From assembly GCA_038087875.1 (NCBI GenBank), contig JAXLNO010000446.1, forward strand, positions 434,001-498,000: DNA of 64,000 bases, given 5' to 3'. The notes beneath the pieces are model-generated. The model did no database searches, was not told the DNA's origin, and saw nothing but the letters and a program-made list of their open reading frames with translations. Made by a program: the position numbers and the translations under genes. The DNA comes from Malacoraja senta. Lineage: Eukaryota. Below, piece by piece: positions 39,098 through 50,799 of this stretch (its first letter is position 1; each line of letters starts with the position of its first letter).

Positions 39098-39821
39098 AAA
39101 AATAATTAAAGTGCATATTGTCAGATTTTATTAAAGGCTTTTTTTATATACATTTTGGTTTCACCATGTAGAAATTACAGCTGTGTTTATACATAGTCCC
39201 CCCATTTCAGGGCACCATAACGTTTTGGACACATGGCTTCACAGGTGTTTGTAATTGCTCAGGTGCATTTAAATGCCTCCTTAATGCAGGTATAAGAGAG
39301 CTCTCAGCACCTCGTCTTTCCTCCAGTCTTTCCATCAACTTTGGAAACTTTTATTGCTGTTTATCAACATGAGGACAAAGTTGTGCCAATGAAAGTTTAA
39401 AAAAAGCCATTATGAGACTGAGAAACAAGAATGAAACTGTTAGAGACATCAGCCAAACCATAGGCTTACCAAAATCAACTGTTTGGAACATCATTAAGAA
39501 GAAAGAGAGCACTGGTGAGCTCACTAACCGCAAAGGGACTGGCAGGCCAAGGAAGACCTCCACAGCTGATGACAGAGGAATTCTCTCTATAATAAAGGAA
39601 AATCCCCAAACACCTGTCCGACAGATCAGAAACACTCTTCAGGTGTGGATTTGTCAATGACCACTGTCCGCAGAAGACTTCATGAACAGAAATACAGAGG
39701 CTACACGGCAAGATGCAGACCACTGGTTAGCCGCAGAAATAGGATGGCCAGGTTACACTTTGCCAAGAAGTACTTAAAAGAGCAACCACAGTTCTGGATA
39801 AAGGTCTTGTGGACAGATGAG

Positions 39822-40512
39822 ACAATACAATACCGTTTATTGTCATTTGAACCTCAAATGAAGTTCAAACAAAATTTGGTTTCTGCAGTCATACAACAAG
39901 AAAAGAACCAAGACACAACACAATTAACACAATTTACACAAACATCCATCACAGTGAATCTCCTCCTCGCTGTGATGGAAGGCAAAGTCTTGTCTCTCCC
40001 CTGCTCTTCATTCTTCTCCCGATGTTAAAGCCCCCTGCGGGCGATGGCAAGTCCCGCGGCCGTTAAGGCGTGCCGGGCGATGTAAGGCCCTGCTTCGGGT
40101 CTTGATGTTGGAGCCCCCGGTGGGTGATGGCAAGTCCCGCGGCCGTTTAAGCCGCGCCGGGCGATGTAAGGCCTTCAACCCCGCAACTCGGGCGGGAGAA
40201 GTTGCCGTTGTGGGAGCTCCGAAAAGCGGTCTCCCACCAGGGACCCGCGAGCTCCCGATGTCACCGTCCACCGGACCTGTGGCTGGAGCCTCCGAATCTC
40301 CAGGGTCGGGCCGCAGCCGCACGCCACCACAGCTCTCCACGCTCCGAAGCTGGTCAGCCCCACGATGGTGAGTAGTCCGCAGGCTCCGCGACTGGAGCCC
40401 CCAGGTCGTTCCGGCTGCAGGCCGCTCAACGGTGCTAGGCCCCAACGACAACGGAGACCCGACAGAGAAAAGGTCGGGTCTCCAGTGCAGGGAAGAGATT
40501 TTAAAGTTTCCC
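39822..40512 (-). mobile_element. GC-rich non-autonomous retroposon with Rex1/Babar-type tail
   Basis: Homologous to 44965-45555 and 58958-59740; minus-strand tail ...aaatgacaataaa plus microsatellite; interrupts the Tc1 transposase right after WTDET. Confidence 0.75.
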
Positions 40513-41363
40513 CTATCTGCTCAAGTTCAAACAAATGCCTCAAAACTCATTGGCCGGTGGTTCATTCCAGTTCTCCCACAAGTCTTACTATTCTCCGACT
40601 ACATTCTATCTTTGTCCCGCCCTCTCCCCTGACATCAGTCTGAAGAAGGGTCTCGACCCGAAATGTCGTCCATTCCTTTTCTCCAGAGATGCTGCCAGAC
40701 CCGCTGAGTTACTCCAGCATTTTGTGTTTACCTTCGATTTAAACCAGCATCGGCAGTTCTTTCTTACACATGATTCCAAACATACCGCTAAAGCAACAAA
40801 TGAGTTTTTCAAAGCTAAGAAATGGTCAATTCTTGAGTGGCCTTGTCGATCACTCGATCTGAACCCAATTGAGCATGCCTTTTATATGCTGAAGAGAAAA
40901 CTGAAGGGGACTATCCCCCAAAACAAGCATAAGCTAAAGATGGCTGCAATACAGGCCTGGCAGAGCATCACCAGAGAAGACACCCAGCAACTGGTGATGT
41001 CCATCAATAGACAATAGGTGCAGGAGTAGGGCATTCGGCCCTTTGAGCCAGCACCGCCATTCACTGTGATCATGGCTGATCATCGCAGACTTCGAGCAGT
41101 CATTGCATGCAAAGGATATGCAACAAAATACTAAACATGACTACTTTCATTAAATGACATTGCTGTGTCCCCCTGAAATGGGGGGACTATGTATAAACAC
41201 TGCTGTAATTTCCACATGGTGAAACCAAAATGTATAAAAATGGCCTTTATTAAAATCTGACAATGTGTACTTTAACCACATGTGATTTTTTTTCTATTAC
41301 AAATCTCAAATTGTGGAGTTCAGAGGCAAATAAATAAATGATGGGTCTTTGTCCCAAACATTA

Positions 41364-41510
<147 letters not shown>

Positions 41511-41578
41511 TTATTTGGCGGAGTCTGAGGGGAGAAGCGCCGGCACCAAGAGCGAGCGGACGAAAGCAAAGATCATAG

Positions 41579-41830
<252 letters not shown>

Positions 41831-42130
41831 TAAGGGGGAAATTAAAAAAAAACACCTGAAGGAAATAGATGTTTAACAAAATAAGATGGGGCCGGCGATT
41901 GCTCCGTGTCCGTGTCGGAGGGAAGGGGGGGGGGGAGGATGTCTTGAGTGGGTGCAGGATTTTCCGGAGATCCTTCATAATGGCAATATTTTGTATGTTC
42001 AAAGTTAATAAGGAAGACGAGGCAGGAATTGGCAGGAATATCAAAATGATCAGCTGCAGCATGAGAAAAAATAAGATGATTTGTGTGGTATTTGGTAAAT
42101 AATAGCAATATGAAGACGCCATGACCAAAG

Positions 42131-42245
42131 CAAAGATACTAGAGCGGAGACGGAAGCCAGTTACGGAAATGGCGCTAAAGATTACACATGACCTACTACG
42201 GCTTTTTCGTCGAGTGGACTATCTTGCTCCGCTCTAGTATCTTTG
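42131..42245. mobile_element. 115-bp MITE with 19-bp perfect TIRs
   Basis: CAAAGATACTAGAGCGGAG (42131-42149) and CTCCGCTCTAGTATCTTTG (42227-42245). Confidence 0.85.
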
Positions 42246-42679
42246 TTCTAAAGGGATGTCCTTTTATTCTGAGGCTGTGCTCTCTGGTTTAAGTTTTGAA
42301 TGATTAACTTTAGCCTTAGACTGATTATTTATTTAAATCTTAGTGCAATGCATGGGATATTCTGAAACTCCACTGTCATTATCAGGAGTTCAAAGTCAAT
42401 GCTGATTGAGAGTTTGTGGTAGGTCTGTGAACATTAACGGTATGGAGTTTCCCTCACTCAAGAAAGACACAACATGCTGGAGTAACTCGGTGGGACAGGC
42501 AGCATCGCTGGAGAGAAGGAATGGGTGACGTTTTGGGTCGAGACCCTTCTTCAGACTGAGAGTCAGGGGAGAGGGAGAGGGAGATCTTGGTCAAGGCCTT
42601 TCTCTGGTAAACACATTTTGCAATAGGCAACACTAAACCCTGTGCTTTCCAGCCTCTCACAACCTGACATGAGATTGCA

Positions 42680-43000
42680 TGTCCGTCTGTTCCCAACTAA
42701 AATATTACACTCACAAGCCTGGGCTAAAAATACTCAGGCATCCAATCAGGTTTGCAAAACCACATGAAGATGAAGCCACTCCCCACACACTCACAGACAA
42801 GCACACACACACACTGCTGCTGCGGCAGCAACTCCTGCTGCTGTGAAAGCCACAGTCACTATGTCCAGAGGTACCTCCGCTCACAATCACTGCACCACAA
42901 CATTTCAATGTAAGAGACCGTTAGAAAGTTTTGAAGAATCTACGAGCAAGAGAAATCGAGTCTGGGGGATCCTACAAGGTCAGTACAAATGCCAGAGGAA
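42680..43000 (+). repeat. ~320-bp segment duplicated at 54358-54650
   Basis: Shared aaaatattacactcacaagcctggg...catccaatcaggtttgcaaaaccacatgaag...gtccagaggtac...aaggtcagtac. Confidence 0.9.
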
Positions 43001-43860
43001 GATTTAGCATTTGACATTACTGAGGAACTGAACCACTTCAGCGGTGGTGCAGCGGGTAGAGCTGCTGCCTCTCAGCACCAGACACCCAGGTTCCATCCTG
43101 ACCTCGGGTGCTGTCTGTGTAGAGTTTGCACGTTCTCCCAGTGATCGCGTAGGTTTCCTCCGGGTGCTCCCACACTCCAAAGACGTTGCGCGTTTGTAGG
43201 TTAATTGCCCCCCCCCCCCCTGTAAATCGCCCTACAGTATGTAGGGAGTGGGTGAGAAAGTGGGGTAACATAAAACTAGTGTGAGTGGGTGATCGATGGT
43301 CATCGTGGACTCGGGCTGGAGGTGTGGTACAGTACTTCCTTTGTCTCGTTTACCGAGGTGCAGTGAAATTCATTGTTGTATACAGTTCAGTACAATATCA
43401 CTATACATAAACACTTAGATACATGTTAGATCAGCTACATCTCAGATACAGTACAGGTATACAGCAGCAGTACACTGAGATAGTATACAGAGTCACCAGT
43501 TTGGGGCCGTTTACACGTCCCAGTGGTATTAAGTGCAGGGATCTTGAGCTGATGAGGTCTGTTTTCCTGGCGGCGTTGCAGGGTCAGTTTGGCCAAGCAT
43601 AGCCGTGGTGTCTTCACCCTCGGCTCCTGAAGGAGCTGTTTCCATGCTGTATCTTTAAACTAAACAATGTCCCTTTCAGCCGGAGGATGCACTGAAACCA
43701 TAACGCCTGTCATACAGGAGGGGCAGGAGATTTGCTTCCCCTCCCCTATTCCCCACTGATAGTGAGGCCAACTTTATCCTGACCGTGGTCACCTTAGGCC
43801 TCTTTCTGCTGACCGCTTGGTGCAGCTCCAATGATGTAGGACAGGCCTCATACAGGAGAC

Positions 43861-44405
43861 TGGGTCTGATGAAGAGTCCCAACCCAAAACCACACCTATC
43901 CATGTTCTCCACAGATGCTGCCTGACCCGCTGAGTTACTCCAGCACTCTGTGAAACGTCACCTATCCATGTTCTCCACAGATGCTGCCTGACCCGCTGAG
44001 TTACTCCAGCACTCTGTGAAACGTCACCTATCCATGTTCTGGCAGCATCCATAGAGCGAAGGAAATAGGCAACGTTTCGGCCCGAAACCCTTCCGGGTTT
44101 CGGCCCAAAACATTGCCTATTTCCTTCAGGGTTTCGGCCCGAAAGGTTGCCCATTTCCTTCGCTCCACAGATGCTGCCTGACCCGCTGAGTTACTCCAGC
44201 ACTCTGTGAAACGTCACCTATCCACGTTCTCCAGAGATGCTGCCTGACCCGCTGAGTTACTCCAGCACTCTGTGAAACGTCACCTATCCATGTTCTCCAC
44301 AGATGCTGCCTGACCCGCTGAGTTACTCCAGCACTCTGTGAAACGTCACCTATCCATGTTCTCCACAGATGCTGCCTGACCCGCTGAGTTACTCCAGCAC
44401 TCTGT
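43861..44405 (+). repeat. 66-bp array with central palindromic insert (composite copy 1)
   Basis: Tandem units flank an inverted-repeat core at ~44042-44176. Confidence 0.9.
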
Positions 44406-44964
44406 ATCTTAAGTCCTTATACAATGTTTATTAATTGTCTGGTTCTTTGTTTTCTCTGGCTCTCTCGGTGTGCCTTATCTAATTTGAGCTCCAGTCCTTG
44501 ACTTTCAATAATTCAGGCAAAGATCTAAATGTCAGGGAATAAGCTTCCACAAGAAATCCCACGAGGACATCCCATGAGACACAGTGTACTGGTGGTCAAG
44601 GTGGGTATAATCAGGGACATTAAAGGGCATTTGGACAGGTGCAAGGACAGGAACTGCTTGAAGGTACATGGGCCAAGCAGGCAAGTGGCAACAGCTGAGT
44701 TAGGCAACTTTGGTCCTAAACTAAGATGTGTGACTCTTATTTTTAGTTTCAGTTTAGTTTGTTGTCACGTGTCCTAACGTGCAGTGATAAGCTATTTGTG
44801 GAGTGCTTTCCAGATTACAATCGAGCCGTCCACAGTGTACAGATATAGGATAAAGGGAATAACATTTAATGCAAGGTAATGTCCAGTAAAGTCCGATTAA
44901 AGGTAGTCCAAGGGTCACCAATGAGGTAGATGGTAGCTCAGGACTGCTCTCTGGTTGTGGTAGG

Positions 44965-45555
44965 ATTCAATTCAATTTATTTGTCTTTTGGACAAATTTG
45001 TCATTTGGACCCCTTGAGGTCCAAACGAAATGTCGTTTCTGCAGCCATACAATACAAAACGAAGAAGACCCGAGACACAAACACAATTTACACATACATC
45101 CATCACAATGCTGTGATGGAAGGCAAAAAAAAATTATCTCTCCACTGCACTCCCCCCCCCCCCCCCCCCCCCCCCCCGGATGTCAGAGTCAAAGTCAAAG
45201 CCCCCGGCGGGCGATGGTGATTATCCGCGGCATTAAAGCCACGCTGGGTGATGCAAGGTCGCGCACCGGGTCTTGGTGTTAGAGCCCCAGCGCGCGCCCG
45301 CAAAGTCCGGCGGCCATTCCAAGCCGCGCGGGGGGATAAAGCCCTGCTCCAGGTGCTCTTCAACCCCGCAACTCGGGCGGGAGAAGTCGCCGCTGCGGAA
45401 GCCCGAAAAGCGGTCTCCCACCAGGGGACCCGCGGGCTTCCGGTGTTGCTGTCCGCCAGACCCGCGGTTGTAGCCTCCGAATCTCCAGCGGTCGGGTCGC
45501 AGCAGCGCTCCACCACAGCTCCACCCGCTCCGGACTCGGCCAGCCCCGCGAGGGT
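44965..45555 (-). mobile_element. GC-rich non-autonomous retroposon, 5'-truncated
   Basis: Shares caaccccgcaactcgggcgggagaag...aaaagcggtctcccaccagggaccc with 39822-40512. Confidence 0.75.
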
Positions 45556-45984
45556 TGGTGTTTATACAGCCCGAGGGTTGGTGTTTATACTAGGGATTAC
45601 TCCAGGGCTAAACACAAACTGAAGGCAACTGAACCATCTACCACAATCAGAGAGCAGTGCTGAACTACTATCTACCTCATTGGTGACCCTCGTTGTCCTT
45701 GATCAGACTTTGCTGGCTTTACCTTGCACTAAACATTATTCCCTTATCTATACATGTATCTGTACACTGTAAACGGCTCGATTGTAATCATGTATTGTCT
45801 TTCCGCTGACTGGTTAGCACGCAACAAAAGCTTGTCACTGTACCTCGGTACAAGTGACAATAAACTAAACTGTAACTGTACAGCTGGAGGAACACAACGG
45901 CTGATGTTGCCTGAGATCCTCCTGCACTTGTTACTCAAGATTCCAGCATGTGCATTTACTTGTTTGATTAATCGAGGATTGATT

Positions 45985-47125
45985 GATTGAGTGATCGATA
46001 CAGGACAGAGGCAGGTGAGAGTTACAAGTTGGAATGGAGGGTGGTGTGGGAAAGGTTAGTGGACAGAATAGGTAAAAGAGGAGGGGGGTTGCATTGTTGG
46101 TTAAGGAGGATGTCACGGCTGTGTTCAGAGGTGACATTACGGACGGTTCATCTAATGAGGCTATATGGGTGGAGCTGAGGAACAAGAAATGGATGATCAC
46201 CTTGTTGGGGGTGCACTGCAGACCCCCGAGTAGTCAACGTGAATTAGAAGAACAAATGTGCCAGGAGATTGCAGACAGCTGCAGGTCAAATAAGGTTGTT
46301 GTAGTAGGGGATTTCAACTTTCCCAATATAGACTGGGAAAATCATAGCGTGAAGGGTTTAGATGGGGTGCAATTCCTCAAGTGTTCAGGAGAGTTTTCTT
46401 AAGCAGTATGTGGAGGCCCCCACACGTGAGAGGGCAACACTGGATCTAGTATTGGGAAGTTAATGAAGTGTGTGTGGAGGAGCCTTTTGGGACCAATGAC
46501 CACAGTTCAATTAGGTTAAGATGGTTATGGATCGGGATGGAGAGGGTCCACCGTCCACGTGTTAAAATGCTCAACTGGGGTAAGGCCAACTTTGAGGGAT
46601 TGAGAGAAGGTCTCGCTCAAGTTGACTGGAGCAGGTTATTTGAGGGGAAAGGAACATCAGCCAAGTGGGATGTTTATAAAAGTGGACTGAAGAAAGCTCA
46701 GGATATGTACGTCCCCGTTAGAGTGAAGGGCAAAGCAGGCAAACGTAAGGAAGCTTGGCTGACGAGGGAAATTGAGGCATTGGTCAAAAACAAGGAGGAT
46801 GCATGGACAGGTATAGGCAGCTGGGATCAAGTGCATCCCTGGAGGAGTTTCGGGAGCTAAGGAGTAAACTGAAAAAGGAGATCAGAAGGGCAAAAAAGGG
46901 GCCCGGAGATAGCTCTGGTGGGTAGCACTGACAATCCCAAAATAATTTATAAATACATAAGGAGAAAGGGGTAACTAGAGAGAGAGTGGGACCTCTCAGG
47001 AATCAAAGCGGTCACCTCTGTGTGGAGCCACAGGAGATGGGCAAGGTCCTCAATGAGTATTTACCGAGGAGAAAGACAGTAGGACGGAGGAAATTGGAGC
47101 AGTCACTGGAAGTGGCTTGAGAGCA
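45985..47125 (+). mobile_element. CR1 ORF2 endonuclease (APE) region
   Basis: RGGGVALLVKE, CRPP, VVVGDFNFPNIDW, TLDLVL and GTNDH motifs, with frameshifts. Confidence 0.88.
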
Positions 47126-47126
47126 C

Positions 47127-49550
47127 CCATGCAGAACTCACTGACTTCATCTACTTCACCACTAATTTCCTTCCTTCACTTAAATTCACTTGGACCATCT
47201 CCGACATCTCCCTTCCGTTGCTAGATCTCATCATCTCCATCACAGGAAACATACTATTGACCGACATCTACTACAAACCTACTGCCTTCCATAGCTATCT
47301 GGACTACACTTCTTCCCACCCAGCTTCCTGTAAAGACTCTATCCCCTACTCCCAATTCCTCCGTCTACGCCGCATCTGAACCCAGGATGAGGTGTTCCAA
47401 ACCAGGGCATCGGAGACGTCCTCGTTCTTTAAGAAACGGGGTTTCCCTCTTCCATTATAGATGAGGCTCTCACTAGGGTCTCCCCGATATCCCACAGCTC
47501 CGCTCTCACTCCCCTTCCCCCATTCGCAACAAGGACAGAGTCCCCCTTGTCCTCACCTTCTACGCCATCAGCCATCGCATACAGCATATAATCCTCCAAC
47601 ATTTTTGCCACCTCCAACGGGATCCCACTACCGGCCACATCTTCCCATCTCCACCCCTTTGTGCTTTCTGCAGAGACCGTTCCCTCCGGAACTCCCTGTC
47701 AACTCGTCCCTTCCCACCCAAACCACCCCCTCCCCTGGTGCTTTAGCAGCACATTTGGAAAGTGGTGAAATCATTGGACAAAGTCAGCATGGATTTATGA
47801 AAGGTAAATCATGTCTGACGAATCTTATAGAATTTTTCAAGGATGTAACTAGTAGAGTGGATAAGGGAGAACCAGTGGATGTGTTATATCTGGACTTTCA
47901 GAAGGCTTTCGACAAGGTCCCACATAAGAGACTAGTATACAAACTTAAAGCACACGGTATTGGGGGTTCAGTATTGATGTGGATAGACAACTGGCTGGCA
48001 GACAGGAAGCAAAGAGTAGGAGTAAACGGTCCTTTTCACAATGGCAGGCAGTGACTAGTGGGGTACCGCAAGGCTCAGTGCTGGGACCCCAGCTATTTAC
48101 GATATATATTAATGATTTGGACGAGGGAATTGAATGCAACATCTCCAAGTTTGTGGATGATACGAAGCTGGGGGGCAGTGTTAGCTGTGAGGAGGATGCT
48201 CGGAGGCTGCAAGGTGACTTGGATAGGCTGGGTGAGTGGGCAAATGCATGGCAGATGCAGTATAATGTGGATAAATGTGAGGTTATCCACTTTGGTGGCA
48301 AAAACAGGAAAGTAGACTATTATCTGAATGGTGGCCGATTAGGAAAAGGGAGATGCAACGAGACCTGGGTGTCATGGTACACCAGTCATTAAAAGTAGGC
48401 ATGCAGGTGCAGCAGGCAGTGAAGAAAGCGAATGGTATGTTAGCATTCATAGCAAAAGGATTTGAGTATAGGAGCAGGGAGGTTCTACTGCAGTTGTACA
48501 GGGTCTTGGTGGGACCACACCTGGAGTATTGCGTACAGTTTTGGTCTCCTAATCTGAGGAAAGACAATCTTGCCATAGAGGGAGTACAGAGAAGGTTCAC
48601 CAAACTGACTCCTGGGATGGCAGGACTTTCATATGAAGAAAGACTGGATAGACTCGGTTTGTACTCGCTAGAATTTAGAAGATTGAGGGGGGATCTTATA
48701 GAAACTTACAAAATTCTTAAGGGGTTGGACAGGCTAGATGCAGGAAGATTGTTCCCGATGTTGGGGAAGTCCAGAACAAGGGGTCACAGTTTAAGGATAA
48801 GGGGGAAATCTTTTAGGACCGAGATGAGGAAAACATTTTTCACACAGAGAGTGGTGAATCTCTGGAATTCTCTGCCACAGAGGGTAGTTGAGGCCAGTTC
48901 ATTGGCTATATTTAAGAGGGAGTTAGATGTGGCCCTTATGCTAAAGGGATCAGGGGGTACTGGAGAGAAGGCAGGTACAGGATACTGAGTTGGAAGATCA
49001 GCCATGATCATATTGAATGGCGGTGCAGGCTTGAAGGGCCGAATGGCCTACTCCTGCACCTATTTTCTATATTTCTCTGTTTCTACGTTTCCCCTGCAAC
49101 CGCAGGAGATGCAACACCTGTCACTTTACCTCCCCCCTCGACTCCATCCAAGGACCCAAACAGTCTTTCCAGATGAGCAGAGGTTCACTTGCACCTCCTC
49201 CAACCACATCTACAGCATCCGCTGTTCCAGGTATCAACTTCTCTACATCGGCGAGACCAAGCGCAGGCTCGGCGATCGTTTCGCTGAACACCTCCGCTTA
49301 GTCCGTCTTAACCAACCTGATCTCCCGGTTGCTCAGCACTTTAACTCCCCCTCCCATTCCCAATCTGACCTTTCTGTCCTGGGCCTCCTCCATTGTCAGA
49401 GTGAGGCCCAGCACAAATTGGAGGAACAGCACCTCGTATTTCGCTTGGGCATCTTACACCCCAGCGGTATGAACATTGACTTCTCTAACTTCAAATAGCC
49501 CTTGCTTTCCCTCTCTCTCCATCCCTTCCCCTTCCCAGTTCTCCCACTGT
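47127..49550 (+). mobile_element. Penelope-like element (RT C-terminus plus GIY-YIG), split by a CR1 insertion
   Basis: 47127-47737 encodes LKFTWTIS, LDLII, IYYKPT, YLDYTSSHP and SIPYSQFLRLRRI. 49087-49498 encodes FPCNRRRCNTC and IYSIRC..LYIGETKRRLGDRFAEH (GIY-YIG). Confidence 0.9.
47738..49086 (+). mobile_element. CR1/HER1 LINE inserted within Penelope
   Basis: QHGFMKGKSCLTNL through FFTQRVVNLWNSLP plus tail. Confidence 0.92.
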
Positions 49551-49778
49551 GTCTCCAGACTGTCTCCATGTTACTCTCTGGGGCTGCCTCAGAACAGCGC
49601 TGAGACTCTTATAATGCTGACTGGAAGCAGCACCTCCACCAATACAGTCAGTCCCCCTTGTACAAACAAGGGTGGGGGACACAACATCTGAATGATCTAC
49701 ACCCCTCACCACTGCCACCAAATCGTGGTTGAGATTATTGTCCTCAAATCACTGGGCCGACCTAGAACCAAGAGGAAT

Positions 49779-49971
49779 GGGCCTGCCCCACTTAAGCGAC
49801 TCTTTAGGCGACTGCCAGGGACCAATTTAAATGGAATTCACCTACGACACCTGGCGACAACCTACGACAGCAAAAATTGTTGCATCTGTCGCTGAAAAAT
49901 GTTCAACATGTTGTACATTTTGTGGCAGCCGCCTGTAGTCGCCCAAAAAATGGCCTAAGTGGGACAGGCCC
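49779..49971. mobile_element. MITE (PIF/Harbinger-like termini); second copy 52609-52801
   Basis: TIRs GGGCCTGCCCCACTTA / TAAGTGGGACAGGCCC; internal cgac/gtcg symmetry. TSD not evident. Confidence 0.75.
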
Positions 49972-50599
49972 ACAAAGGACACTGCCATACGAGCAAAGTG
50001 TGCCAATGTTTCTCTTCAGTTTACCAGTAAGTAAAGAACAGCTCATAAGCTGAAAGCTCCATTGTGTTGGGTGAAAGGCAGCAAGGCATCACCGATCACA
50101 TACCAGGCCTTGTCCCGCCTCCGCCTCCTCTCCGCCAGCTTATTTTAGTTTATGATTATGGTCGCGTGTACCAAGATACAGTGACAAGCTTTATGTTGCG
50201 TGTTATCCAGTCAGCAAAAAGATACAGGATAAAGGGAATATCGTTTAGTGCAAGGTACTGTAATGTCCCATTAAAGAGAGTTCCAAGGACTACAATGAAG
50301 TAGATGGGAGGTCAGGACCGCTCCCTAGTTAGAGAAACCACTCTTTAGCTTTCTCACCCCCTACTACAATCAGCCTGAAGAAAGGTTCCAACCTGAAACA
50401 TCATCTATCCATGTTCTCCAGTGATGTTGCCTGACTTCCAGTATTTTGTGTGTTCTGCATCAAGCATCTGCAGTTCCTTGTGTCTACAACTAGTGTTGGT
50501 GTTGTTCGTGACTTAGAGCAGACCATCAGGCAGACAGTTCCCTTATCCTGGGTGATACTTCTACCCACCTGATACAACTTGTGATATAGAAATCTAACA

Positions 50600-50799
50600 N
50601 NNNNNNNNNNNNNNNNNNNNNNNNNNNNNNNNNNNNNNNNNNNNNNNNNNNNNNNNNNNNNNNNNNNNNNNNNNNNNNNNNNNNNNNNNNNNNNNNNNNN
50701 NNNNNNNNNNNNNNNNNNNNNNNNNNNNNNNNNNNNNNNNNNNNNNNNNNNNNNNNNNNNNNNNNNNNNNNNNNNNNNNNNNNNNNNNNNNNNNNNNNN
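50600..50799. other. Assembly gap (200 N)
   Basis: Run of exactly 200 N. Confidence 1.

Noticed and set aside
38203..40643. Many overlapping Arg/Pro/Gly-rich ORFs, also at 44930-45622 and 59038-59672
   Set aside because: GC-rich repeats are stop-poor, and frames are not conserved between copies.
42510..42532. tggagagaaggaatgggtgacg resembling BCL7 exon 2 codons (WEKKWVT)
   Set aside because: It is the ubiquitous Penelope-derived repeat in reverse orientation; the frame is wrong and GDTSLRI does not follow.
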